This document shows positions 27,444 through 35,737 of a stretch of DNA of 64,000 bases, in pieces. A program made the translations under genes and the position numbers. Origin of the DNA: Bdellovibrionales bacterium. GTDB taxonomy: Bacteria > Bdellovibrionota > Bdellovibrionia > Bdellovibrionales > DASUEL01. The notes below the pieces were generated by a model. That model saw only the letters and a list, made by a program, of their open reading frames with translations, did not search any database and was not told the DNA's origin. Numbering within the stretch: position 1 is the first letter of the stretch; each line of letters opens with the position of its first letter. The DNA lies in the NCBI GenBank assembly GCA_050250255.1, contig JBFWOZ010000006.1:30887-94886 (forward strand), read 5' to 3'.

Positions 27444-29657
27444 ATGAAGAGACCACCTTTCACTCCAGAAGTTAGCTTTGAGCAATTGACGCGGGCGAAC
27501 AAAGAGCTTTCACGGCTAGTGGCCGAAAAAGATGCAGTGGCAGAACGCCTTCGGGAGTCTCAGAGCTTTCTGGATTCCGTTATCGAGCACCTTCCCAATA
27601 TGATTTTTGTGAAAGACGCTCTGGAGCTCCGCTTTGTACGCTTCAATAAAGCGGGTGAGGAGCTTTTAGGACAAGCTCGAGAGAATTTGATCGGAAAAAA
27701 TGATTATGATCTTTTTCCAAAAGATCAGGCCGACTTCTTCACTGAAAAAGACCGGACCGTCCTGATGGATAAAATCGTCGTCGATATTCCCGAAGAGTCT
27801 ATTTCGACGCCTAAGGGCACCCGCATTCTCCATACTCGCAAAATTCCGTTGTTCGATAAAAACGGTGTTCCACAGTACCTTTTAGGGATTTCTGAAGACA
27901 TCACTGAGAAAAAAGAGAGCGAACTCCAAAAACTCGAACTCCTCCAGTCAGAACTTGCTCGTCAGGAGGCAGAAAGAAGCGCCTCACGCCTTTCCTTTTT
28001 GGCCGAAGCCAGCGCTGCCCTTAATGAATCTCTAGAAACAGAATACATGTTAAGCACGTTTGCCAATTCACTGATTCAGAACATGGCGGGCTGGTGCCTT
28101 ATCGATATTTACTCTGCAAAAGATCAAACCATAAAGCGACTCGCTACGTGGAAGACGGAGGTTCATTTTTCGCCAATTCCACCACACAGTTTTTTAAAAC
28201 ATAAAATTGATAAATTAACGACCGGTGGTGTTCTCGACGTTCTTCAAACAGGTCAACCCAAGCTTTACAAAACGCTCTCTTCTAAACTTCTCCGACAACT
28301 CACTTTTAACAATGCCTCACTGAATGAAGCCATATTGAAAAAGAAGATTCCATCCGCTATTATTGTTCCATTAATTTATCATGGCTCAACCCTTGGAGCG
28401 ATCACGCTCTTCTCACAAGATTCGGAACATATTTATAATGAACTTGATCTTTCCATTGCTCAAGATTTGGCTCGCAGGGCATCTCTGGCGATTGAAAATA
28501 CCAAACTATATGCTCGCGCCAATGAGGCGAGTCGGGCGAAGAGTGCGTTTTTAGCAAACATCAGCCACGAAATCCGCACTCCTTTAAGTGCGATGCTTGG
28601 TTTTGCAGAACTCGCGCTCGACAATGATCGTCCCATGGCAGAACAAAAACGGTACGTTTCAAAAATTGTTGAGAATGGAACGCAACTGCTTCAACTCGTA
28701 AACGAGGTGTTAGATCTGTCGAAAGTAGAATCCTCTCAACTACAAGTTGAAAAAATTGAATTTTCGCTTTCTAAACTTCTTGACGATGTCACGTCCCTCT
28801 TGCAAGTGAAGGCGAACGAGAAAGGTTTGCACTTAATGATTGAGGGAGACTCGACTCTTCCAAACAGCATTATTTCAGACCCCTTTCGTATTCGACAAAT
28901 TCTTATTAACGTTATTGGAAACGCCGTTAAGTTCACATCTAAAGGCTCTGTTCACGTCTCGGTCATGTTTCAAACCGAAAGCGCCTCGAAAGGAACGCTT
29001 GTTTTTTCTGTACAGGATACCGGCATTGGCATCGCACCCATGGAGGCAGAAAAACTTTTCGAACCTTTTCGTCAGGCAGATGAGTCTGTGGCACGCAAAT
29101 ATGGGGGCACGGGCCTTGGACTGTTTCTCTCACGAAAACTCTCACGGCTCCTCGGAGGAGATCTCAGCTTAGAGTTAAGTGTGCCTCAACAAGGATCTAA
29201 ATTTAAGCTTACACTTCCGGTGGAATATTCAACAAAACGAGCACCTGGAATCCCACCTCAAGATTTGCAGAAACATCCTTGCGATATACAGTCCCTTTCA
29301 GGAAAAATTCTTGTCGTTGAAGATTCCCTAGATAATCAGCTTCTCGTGAAAGCTTTTTTGGAGAAAACAGAAGTTTCTATTGATTTTGCAAACAATGGAA
29401 ACGAAGGACTTTCAAAAGCTTTAGCCAATCATTACGATATCGTAATGATGGACATACAAATGCCAGAAATGGACGGCTTTGAAGCTGTGAAACGGCTACG
29501 CGATTTAGGTTATCAAGGATGTGTCGTCGCTTTGACTGCACACGGAATGAAAGGCGATCGAGAGCGCTGTTTAGAGCAGGGCTTTGATGATTATATCTGC
29601 AAGCCTTTTAGCCGTAGCATGCTGACGAACTTTGTAAATCAACATCTCCTCAATTAG
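27444..29657 (+). CDS. Cytoplasmic hybrid histidine kinase (PAS-GAF-HisKA-HATPase-REC)
   Basis: PAS (IFVKD...LIGKNDYDLFP), GAF (IIVPL...AQDLARRA), SHEIRTPL, GGTGLGL, receiver MDIQMPEMDG. Confidence 0.93.
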   Translation: MKRPPFTPEVSFEQLTRANKELSRLVAEKDAVAERLRESQSFLDSVIEHLPNMIFVKDALELRFVRFNKAGEELLGQARENLIGKNDYDLFPKDQADFFTEKDRTVLMDKIVVDIPEESISTPKGTRILHTRKIPLFDKNGVPQYLLGISEDITEKKESELQKLELLQSELARQEAERSASRLSFLAEASAALNESLETEYMLSTFANSLIQNMAGWCLIDIYSAKDQTIKRLATWKTEVHFSPIPPHSFLKHKIDKLTTGGVLDVLQTGQPKLYKTLSSKLLRQLTFNNASLNEAILKKKIPSAIIVPLIYHGSTLGAITLFSQDSEHIYNELDLSIAQDLARRASLAIENTKLYARANEASRAKSAFLANISHEIRTPLSAMLGFAELALDNDRPMAEQKRYVSKIVENGTQLLQLVNEVLDLSKVESSQLQVEKIEFSLSKLLDDVTSLLQVKANEKGLHLMIEGDSTLPNSIISDPFRIRQILINVIGNAVKFTSKGSVHVSVMFQTESASKGTLVFSVQDTGIGIAPMEAEKLFEPFRQADESVARKYGGTGLGLFLSRKLSRLLGGDLSLELSVPQQGSKFKLTLPVEYSTKRAPGIPPQDLQKHPCDIQSLSGKILVVEDSLDNQLLVKAFLEKTEVSIDFANNGNEGLSKALANHYDIVMMDIQMPEMDGFEAVKRLRDLGYQGCVVALTAHGMKGDRERCLEQGFDDYICKPFSRSMLTNFVNQHLLN

Positions 29658-29744
29658 TCTTCGTCCCTAAATCCCTTTTTTGTTCATAAATCCCTTTTTA
29701 CCCCTGCCCCTCTGCGAGGAAGGTCGGTATTTTCTTTTTAAGAG

Positions 29745-29760
29745 CGGTATGTAATGTGCT
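29745..29760 (+). promoter_or_regulatory. sigma54 promoter
   Basis: CGGTAT-GTAAT-GTGCT (GG-N10-GC). Confidence 0.55.
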
Positions 29761-29791
29761 TCATTTTAAAAAAAAAGAGGGAGGCTTTGCC

Positions 29792-30097
29792 ATGCAACAA
29801 CAGTCAATCCATTCACAAAAAACTTATAAAACAACAAACTTAGCTGCAGCTTGTGATAACTGCGGCAACTTCTATAAGAATTCATTTCGTGTCCTTATGC
29901 AAAATGAGGAATTTATTTTTGACAGCTTTGAATGTGCCATCAATAAACTAGCACCGCGCTGTGAACATTGTAATTCGCGAATTATTGGTCACGGAGTAGA
30001 GACGCACTTTGATGGCGCTGATCATATATTTTGTTGCGGACACTGTGCAGATTCTATGGAAACGTCAGACGTTGTAGATAAATCCTGGGAAGAGTAA
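29792..30097 (+). CDS. Small Cys/His-rich metal-binding protein (metallothionein-like family)
   Basis: CDNCGN, FDSFECAI, CEHC, IIGHGVE, FCCGHCA. SD GGGAGG. Confidence 0.82.
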   Translation: MQQQSIHSQKTYKTTNLAAACDNCGNFYKNSFRVLMQNEEFIFDSFECAINKLAPRCEHCNSRIIGHGVETHFDGADHIFCCGHCADSMETSDVVDKSWEE

Positions 30098-30121
30098 CCC
30101 CCCAGGATTTTGAATTGTGAA

Positions 30122-30250
30122 TCAATGTCCACGAATAAGAAAAATGAGAAACAAAACACTCGCTGGCACACCAAGGAGCCAGGCAATCAAATAACCAATG
30201 CGTCCTTCAATATTGGATAATCTTTGTAACAATTTATTGTTTTTATCCAT
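30122..30250 (-). CDS. 42-aa single-TM small protein (not in the ORF track)
   Basis: MDKNNKLLQRLSNIEGRIGYLIAWLLGVPASVLFLIFLIRGH*. SD GGAGG and its own sigma54 promoter. Confidence 0.78.
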   Translation of the reverse strand: MDKNNKLLQRLSNIEGRIGYLIAWLLGVPASVLFLIFLIRGH

Positions 30251-30278
30251 TTTTCCCTCCAAACCTAATGAGTGAACT

Positions 30279-30294
30279 AGCAACATAAATGCCG
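30279..30294 (-). promoter_or_regulatory. sigma54 promoter for the 42-aa protein
   Basis: Minus strand CGGCAT-TTATG-TTGCT. Confidence 0.75.
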
Positions 30295-30379
30295 ACGCGT
30301 ATCACGTTCAAAGGCCCATTTTAAACGCCTTGCAGCGTTTTTATGGGACAAAAAGGTACTTCGCATTGGCTAAAATCCC

Positions 30380-30841
30380 CTACCTTGTAGGTGTCACCGT
30401 TGGCCCAACACTCAGTTTGTTTTCTACAGCCGTCACGCCGTTCATTGTGCGTGCGCGTTCAAGAATTCGGTCAGCCTCGCTTTGCGAGTTAACAACTCCC
30501 TCAATAATCACACGACCACCGGTACTAGTAATGTTCACGTTATTTAAATTGTCCGTAGGGACGTTTGTTCTTAGGTCCTGCATGACTCGTCGGTTGAGTG
30601 CTGTATCTTCGGGTGTTGGCACATACACGTGGGATGTCTGCGGGGGCGGCACCACTTGAGGAAACGGTGTCTGCGGTGTTGAAAGTGTTTGTGGCACCGT
30701 CTGAATACCTTGAGACGGTGTTGTCTGCAGATTATTTTGTGTGTTCTGCGCTACCTGACGTGTTTCTGTTTTTGCCATGAGTGACGAGCTGAACATCAAT
30801 ACACTTCCAAGAGCGAAGAAAAAGTTTTTTTTATTAATCAT
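30380..30841 (-). CDS. Secreted BON-domain (OsmY-like) protein
   Basis: Signal peptide, Q/T/P linker, DTALNRRV...GRVIIEGVVNS...GVTAVENKL. Confidence 0.88.
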   Translation of the reverse strand: MINKKNFFFALGSVLMFSSSLMAKTETRQVAQNTQNNLQTTPSQGIQTVPQTLSTPQTPFPQVVPPPQTSHVYVPTPEDTALNRRVMQDLRTNVPTDNLNNVNITSTGGRVIIEGVVNSQSEADRILERARTMNGVTAVENKLSVGPTVTPTR

Positions 30842-31002
30842 ATATTTCTGTCCTTTCTATACAAGATTCATAATCTTCAATGCAAAAAGTGTGATCATCA
30901 AAATCAGACGTGGAAGAACTCCACTCCTGTTTTGTTTTGGGACTTTTTTCCTTATTTTCTATTGTGGTTTGTACGCCTTTTATCTCTCAATCTCAGAGGT
31001 TT

Positions 31003-31018
31003 TGGTCTTTGCCTTGCA
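31003..31018 (+). promoter_or_regulatory. sigma54 promoter
   Basis: TGGTCT-TTGCC-TTGCA. Confidence 0.7.
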
Positions 31019-31050
31019 CATCTCTGCTGTATAACTGAAAAGGAGATTTC

Positions 31051-31656
31051 ATGACTCAAACAAGTTCAAAAAAATTAATTATTGGGGCTGTGCTTCTGCT
31101 TGCACTGTTTTTAATTGTTCTTTCAATGCCTCGAGCAAATGCTCAGGGAACATCTGAAACTGTATTCCCATCACCTCGTGCTGTTGAAGCTAACGAATGG
31201 CAACCTCATTTTGGTGTACGTGGTGGTTACTCAAATCCAGACGATAATTTTAATGGAGCCGCAGAGTACGGACTTGAAGCTGGATTTCAGCCTTACGTTC
31301 CGTTCGGCGTAGGTCTTGAGTTTACGCGTTCTGTTTCTGAAAGTTCGGTTTCAAAGCCTGACCTTGAAAGAACAGCGGTTCTCGCAAAAGGAACTTATAA
31401 CTTTGGAGGAACGCTTCCTATTATTCGAACCAGTTTCCTGGGATTGGGTTTAGGACCGGTGTTCGATCACAACGACAACAAGGATTCAACACGTCTTGGA
31501 TTCAACTTACTCGGTGGATTTGATATCCCTCTAGATGAACAGATGGGTCTTGGACCAAACAGCTTTTCTCTTGGAGCCGTGGCGAACTACTTATTTGTAA
31601 GTACCGATGGACCAGATACTCTTGGTCTCAACGGCACACTAAAATATTGGTTCTAA
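31051..31656 (+). CDS. Small outer-membrane beta-barrel protein
   Basis: Signal peptide, Gly/aromatic amphipathic strands, C-terminal LKYWF. Confidence 0.8.
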   Translation: MTQTSSKKLIIGAVLLLALFLIVLSMPRANAQGTSETVFPSPRAVEANEWQPHFGVRGGYSNPDDNFNGAAEYGLEAGFQPYVPFGVGLEFTRSVSESSVSKPDLERTAVLAKGTYNFGGTLPIIRTSFLGLGLGPVFDHNDNKDSTRLGFNLLGGFDIPLDEQMGLGPNSFSLGAVANYLFVSTDGPDTLGLNGTLKYWF

Positions 31657-31672
31657 TCTAAAAAGAAATTTA

Positions 31673-32209
31673 TTAAGCCCAACGGAGAAATTCGTTGGGC
31701 TTTTCTCTTTCTTCCATGACCGTCTCCCAAACAGCAGATTCATTTAAAGTGTTGATTTCTTGAGCGCCTGTTCTTTCTAAAACATTTTTAGCTAAAACAG
31801 TTTGCTGAGATCCTTCCGTGTGCACCGAAACAAGAATGCCACCACCCTTTACGTAGTGACCATATCTTCGTGACACGCGTTCGGGAGTACCAATACCTAC
31901 GAGAGTACCGCTAACACCCCCATAGATTCCGCCAAACGCTGCTCCTACAAGCGCGTAAGCGAAAACGCCCGTGACCATAAAGGTTAGGCCACCAACAAGA
32001 ATGATCCCCAGCGCTCCACCAATCAATAAACCTTCTTTAATAAGATTGATTTCACGGTAAGCCATGTCCTGGTTTTTTTTTGCATTTTTAGGGAACAATA
32101 CAGAAATCTCAGAAGAGCCAAATCCCATTCTTCTTAATGCGTGAAGAGCTTTCTTTAGTTCTTCTGTGTTACTATATATTCCAAATGCTGCTGTATTTGT
32201 ATTTTCCAT
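31673..32209 (-). CDS. General-stress-protein-like membrane protein (GSP17M/DUF3341-like, glycine zipper)
   Basis: AFGIY...ALRRMGF...ISVL, Gly-zipper TM hairpin, GGILVSVH...VLERTGA. Start re-placed at MENTNT directly after a sigma54 site. Confidence 0.78.
   Translation of the reverse strand: MENTNTAAFGIYSNTEELKKALHALRRMGFGSSEISVLFPKNAKKNQDMAYREINLIKEGLLIGGALGIILVGGLTFMVTGVFAYALVGAAFGGIYGGVSGTLVGIGTPERVSRRYGHYVKGGGILVSVHTEGSQQTVLAKNVLERTGAQEINTLNESAVWETVMEEREKPNEFLRWA
31675..31710 (+). terminator. Rho-independent terminator
   Basis: AAGCCCAACG-gagaaatt-CGTTGGGCTT followed by TTCTCTTT. Confidence 0.7.
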
Positions 32210-32222
32210 AGATAGTGGTAAG

Positions 32223-32238
32223 AGCAGCATCCGTGCCA
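32223..32238 (-). promoter_or_regulatory. sigma54 promoter
   Basis: Minus strand TGGCAC-GGATG-CTGCT. ATG 14 nt after the GC, no SD. Confidence 0.78.
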
Positions 32239-32340
32239 AAATGAAAATGAAATAAAGTGCACAAAGCCCGCCTACTTCAGTATTTCGAGGCTTTTTTCCA
32301 CGCTCGATTTTTTTGCTCAAAGACTTAATGAAACTGACCG

Positions 32341-32356
32341 TGGTCTTTCCCTTGCA
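32341..32356 (+). promoter_or_regulatory. sigma54 promoter
   Basis: TGGTCT-TTCCC-TTGCA, 15/16 identical to the site at 31003. Confidence 0.7.
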
Positions 32357-32371
32357 TCCCAACTGTGTGGA

Positions 32372-32434
32372 GTTGCGATTCTTGCTACAGATGGGTTTGA
32401 AGAGTCGGAATTACTTGAGCCTAAGTCAGCTCTC
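32372..32434 (+). pseudogene. Remnant of a PfpI/DJ-1 (YhbO-like) gene
   Basis: Translates VAILATDGFEESELLEPKSAL, the typical PfpI N-terminus. No canonical start and no continuation. Confidence 0.78.
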
Positions 32435-32481
32435 ACAACAAGCCGTATCCCGGAATGCGGCCAATTAAAAAGGAGTTTAAT

Positions 32482-32727
32482 ATGAAAAAAAGAAGCACAA
32501 GTAAACAGATCGGTACAGAAAATTCTGAACACCACGGACAACCCAAGGATGTTGAACGTCGTTTTAATACACAGCCTTCTCGGGCTGATGAAGAAGATTT
32601 TTCTCGATATGCAAGTGGTGGCGACTATGTCCCCCTCGAGGATGAAGATTTAAATGAAAGAGCACCCGCAAGTGATAAAAAACGCTTCCACCGAACGGGT
32701 CAACCCTATCGATCTCAACACAATTAG
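32482..32727 (+). CDS. Small hydrophilic, probably disordered protein
   Basis: SD AAGGAG, 81 aa, highly charged, followed by a terminator. Confidence 0.65.
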   Translation: MKKRSTSKQIGTENSEHHGQPKDVERRFNTQPSRADEEDFSRYASGGDYVPLEDEDLNERAPASDKKRFHRTGQPYRSQHN

Positions 32728-32739
32728 AACCCATTTCAT

Positions 32740-32767
32740 AAAAAGGCGATGGGAACCATCGCCTTTT
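32740..32767. terminator. Bidirectional terminator
   Basis: AAAAGGCGATGG-gaa-CCATCGCCTTTT between convergent genes. Confidence 0.85.
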
Positions 32768-32792
32768 ACTTTCTGTAGTACCAAAAAAAGAA

Positions 32793-33068
32793 TTAGTCCT
32801 TTTTCAAATCATCAACTTTGTCTTTGATTTCATCTTGTGCCTCTTCCACTTTATGCTTTACTTTGTTTTTAGCACACTCCAATTTTCCATTCACCATCTC
32901 ACACGCCTTATCTTTTACCTTATGATACGCTTGTTTAGCATTTTTCTTCGCATCTCGACCTGCCTCTTTAACAGTTTCTTTCACAGAGTCTTGAGCAAAT
33001 GCTGATGATGCGGCTAAAAGAGCCATGGCGAGAGACAACGCTAGGGTGTTTATGATTTTTTTCATCAA
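32793..33068 (-). CDS. Small secreted K/A/E-rich helical protein (LEA/CsbD-like)
   Basis: Signal peptide ending AFA, amphipathic helix, CEMVNGKLEC pair. Confidence 0.78.
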   Translation of the reverse strand: MMKKIINTLALSLAMALLAASSAFAQDSVKETVKEAGRDAKKNAKQAYHKVKDKACEMVNGKLECAKNKVKHKVEEAQDEIKDKVDDLKKD

Positions 33069-33111
33069 TACCTTCTTTCTTTATTTTGGTTATTGAACGA
33101 TGTGAAGTTAC

Positions 33112-33127
33112 TGCAAGTTACAAACCA
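33112..33127 (-). promoter_or_regulatory. sigma54 promoter
   Basis: Minus strand TGGTTT-GTAAC-TTGCA. Confidence 0.68.
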
Positions 33128-33173
33128 AGTGAAAACTGCGGTTTTTTTATATCCTGTCGGGCGAATTGCCTCG

Positions 33174-33189
33174 TGGCACCCTTCCTGCA
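33174..33189 (+). promoter_or_regulatory. sigma54 promoter
   Basis: TGGCAC-CCTTC-CTGCA. Confidence 0.78.
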
Positions 33190-33212
33190 CAATTTAGAAT
33201 AAGGAGGCTAGT

Positions 33213-33656
33213 ATGGAAACCGGCACTGTTGGCTACAATGAAAAGAAGAAAATTTATTCCTTTAAAAAAGCATCCATTAAGCAATTCTTTGATATTTTTA
33301 AAGCCGCACTTACGGAGGGCGATCCTCAGGTCCTCTCTCAACTCTTTGCTACACCCTGTTTTGTCTTGGGAGATGAAATGACTCGAGTTGTACAATCACC
33401 TCAAGAAGTTTTGGAGTTTTTTGGGGGCGCCAAAGAAGAGTATAACAAAATGGGCATCACCGAGACTCGAGCGGATATTGAAGGTACCGACTGGATAACC
33501 GAAAAAATTGTCATTGTGGAAGTTCGATGGCCCCATCTTGATAAACAGGGAAAAGAGCACGGCTCTGAGGCATCCTCTTATATTTTAAGACTCGATGGCA
33601 ACGGAGATTTAAAAATTCAAGCGGTCGTCATGCACGGAGTTTCTACATCCCATTAG
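33213..33656 (+). CDS. NTF2/SnoaL-like fold protein
   Basis: SD AAGGAGG. FFDIFKAALTEGD...LFATP, VEVRW, SSYILR...LKIQAV pattern. Confidence 0.7.
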   Translation: METGTVGYNEKKKIYSFKKASIKQFFDIFKAALTEGDPQVLSQLFATPCFVLGDEMTRVVQSPQEVLEFFGGAKEEYNKMGITETRADIEGTDWITEKIVIVEVRWPHLDKQGKEHGSEASSYILRLDGNGDLKIQAVVMHGVSTSH

Positions 33657-33739
33657 TGGAATAATGGGGCACATATAATTACGTGGGGATTTTCTCCTCG
33701 TTCATTTTTATCTTTTTCATTTTTATTGCATTTAAATAT

Positions 33740-33755
33740 TGGCAATGGTTTTGCT
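33740..33755 (+). promoter_or_regulatory. sigma54 promoter
   Basis: TGGCAA-TGGTT-TTGCT. ATG 14 nt after the GC, no SD. Confidence 0.8.
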
Positions 33756-33768
33756 TCTATACATCTGA

Positions 33769-34602
33769 ATGTTAGAAGACGTTCAAGCTTCAAAACATTT
33801 GTACGCTCCCGCTGAGTTTCTCGAAACTCCCACACTTTTGAGTGTCAACACCCAATGCGCTCCCTTTGGATCTGCTTATGAGGTGACTCGCATTTCTCAG
33901 GATATTCAAAATTTCGTCGGACAAAAAAATTATCCTTGTGTGGCCGCTATTCAATCCACATTTCGCAAAGACTTTCGAGTTGGTGTTTATCGTGACTTCG
34001 GCTTTGGTTCTTCTTGGAGCGCCTTAAGGAATGATCTTCAATACTTTTTAAGAGAACAGCAACGATCGGGATCTGCCTACCTCACTTTTTGGGCTGTGTA
34101 CTTGGATACCCATGAAGCGACCGAAAAAGATTTCGAAAACGCTCTCTGGAACGAACTTTCTTCGCTCACCTCAGAAGAAGATCGAGAAGCCGATTGGTCA
34201 GATAAAACAAGAGTGGATCCTAAAAATAAATCTTTTCACTTTTGCCTCGATGGTACCTCTTTTTTTGTTGTAGGACTTCATCCTAATAGCTCACGCAAAG
34301 CCTGCCGTTTTCCACATCATGCACTCGTTTTCAACGTCTTTTCTCAATTTGAAAGTTTAAAGGCAAGCGGAAGCTTTGATCCTCTCGTTCAAAAAATTCG
34401 CGAGCGTGACCTTGTTTTTGACGGATCTGTAAACCCGGTCGCCGCCCAACATGCAGAGGTTTGGGAGTCTATTCAATTTTCAGGTAAAAACAACCCTTCA
34501 GACTGGCAGTGTCCTTTTCAATTTAGGAAGAAAAAAGACAAACCTCCAAGTCGTTTTTGGAGTCATAAAAATGGCACGCCACAAGCAAAACCGGTGGCGT
34601 AA
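33769..34602 (+). CDS. YqcI/YcgG family heme-dependent guanidine N-hydroxylase-like protein (DcsA/GntA-like)
   Basis: YPCVAA, FENALWNEL, FFVVGLHPNSSR, LVFN...QFE, WQCPF. Confidence 0.85.
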   Translation: MLEDVQASKHLYAPAEFLETPTLLSVNTQCAPFGSAYEVTRISQDIQNFVGQKNYPCVAAIQSTFRKDFRVGVYRDFGFGSSWSALRNDLQYFLREQQRSGSAYLTFWAVYLDTHEATEKDFENALWNELSSLTSEEDREADWSDKTRVDPKNKSFHFCLDGTSFFVVGLHPNSSRKACRFPHHALVFNVFSQFESLKASGSFDPLVQKIRERDLVFDGSVNPVAAQHAEVWESIQFSGKNNPSDWQCPFQFRKKKDKPPSRFWSHKNGTPQAKPVA

Positions 34603-35737
34603 GTCCTCTCGTTGGATTCTTCTTGGTGTTATTCTTTTTCTCATAGCTCTACGCCTGGCGCTTCCACCTATTGGTCTTTGGGCGATTAACCGCTCTCTTG
34701 CTACAAAGCTAGATAAGTACACGGGACAACTTGCAGATTTTGATTTGAGTTTGTATCGAGGCGCTTATCAACTTCAGGGCTTAGAAATCAAAAAGAAAAA
34801 TAGTCAGTTGCCACCTCTGTTGCAGGTAAAAGAAATCGATCTCTCTTTAGCTTGGCGTGCAATTTGGGATGTTTGGATGAAAAATGATGTCTCTGCAGAC
34901 ATCACGCTTATAGAAGCTCGCATTCATCTCCTAGATGATAAGAAAGCTGAAAACAAACAATTCGGTACGGATGAGGATAACGGCTGGGGAGATGTTTTAG
35001 ATGTTCTTATCCCAATGAAAATAGAAACTCTAACGGTGAGAAATTCGGCCGTTTATTTCAATCATGGAGATATTAAAACCCCACTTCCGGTTAGAATCGA
35101 AGGACTAGACTTTCAAACTTTGGATCTTCGAAGTAGGCCACGAAGAAATAAAAAGGCATTGAGCGCTTTTTCCGGGAAAGCAACAATACAGGGACATGCC
35201 ATGCTTGAAACAAAGGGTGGCATTGATCTCGTCTCTCGACCAGAAAGACTAGATTTGGATCTTAAAATTGAAGGATTCGAAATGAATTCCATCAACACTT
35301 ACCTCAGGCACTACGTCCCTCTCGATATCACCCAGGGGAAGCTCAACCTATACGTTGAAACTGCGGGCTCCCGTGAAGATCTTAAAGGCTATGCTAAGGT
35401 TTTTCTTTCTGACTTAGATATTATTGCTCATAAACAAGAATATGTTTCAGTGAAACATTTTGCTTACGAATTGCTCTCCGCTTTCGGAGGCTGGGTTTTA
35501 AAAAATTCCAAAAGTAGAAATGTTGCAAGCTACGTTCCTTTTGAGCAAAAAAAAAATTCTTTCAATGTGGATACCTCAGAGGCCTTTTGGTCTTCAGTGG
35601 AAAATATGTGGGCTCGAATGCCAAAGGGGTTTGATCATTCTATCGAATTGGATACAGGTGTTCGAGAGGTCCCAAAAAAATCTTCTATTACAGAAGGCTC
35701 AGCTGATCTCCAGGCCGCTGAAACAGATCCGTTCTAA
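34571..35737 (+). CDS. DUF748 (AsmA-like) membrane-anchored protein
   Basis: N-terminal TM, RLALP, DLSLYRGAY, DLSLAWRA. Start re-placed at MARHK. Confidence 0.8.
   Translation: MARHKQNRWRKSSRWILLGVILFLIALRLALPPIGLWAINRSLATKLDKYTGQLADFDLSLYRGAYQLQGLEIKKKNSQLPPLLQVKEIDLSLAWRAIWDVWMKNDVSADITLIEARIHLLDDKKAENKQFGTDEDNGWGDVLDVLIPMKIETLTVRNSAVYFNHGDIKTPLPVRIEGLDFQTLDLRSRPRRNKKALSAFSGKATIQGHAMLETKGGIDLVSRPERLDLDLKIEGFEMNSINTYLRHYVPLDITQGKLNLYVETAGSREDLKGYAKVFLSDLDIIAHKQEYVSVKHFAYELLSAFGGWVLKNSKSRNVASYVPFEQKKNSFNVDTSEAFWSSVENMWARMPKGFDHSIELDTGVREVPKKSSITEGSADLQAAETDPF

Noticed and set aside
30881..30896. sigma54 site for the BON gene (GATCAC-ACTTT-TTGCA)
   Set aside because: Lacks the invariant -24 GG. 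Mentioned only as degenerate and not listed as a feature.
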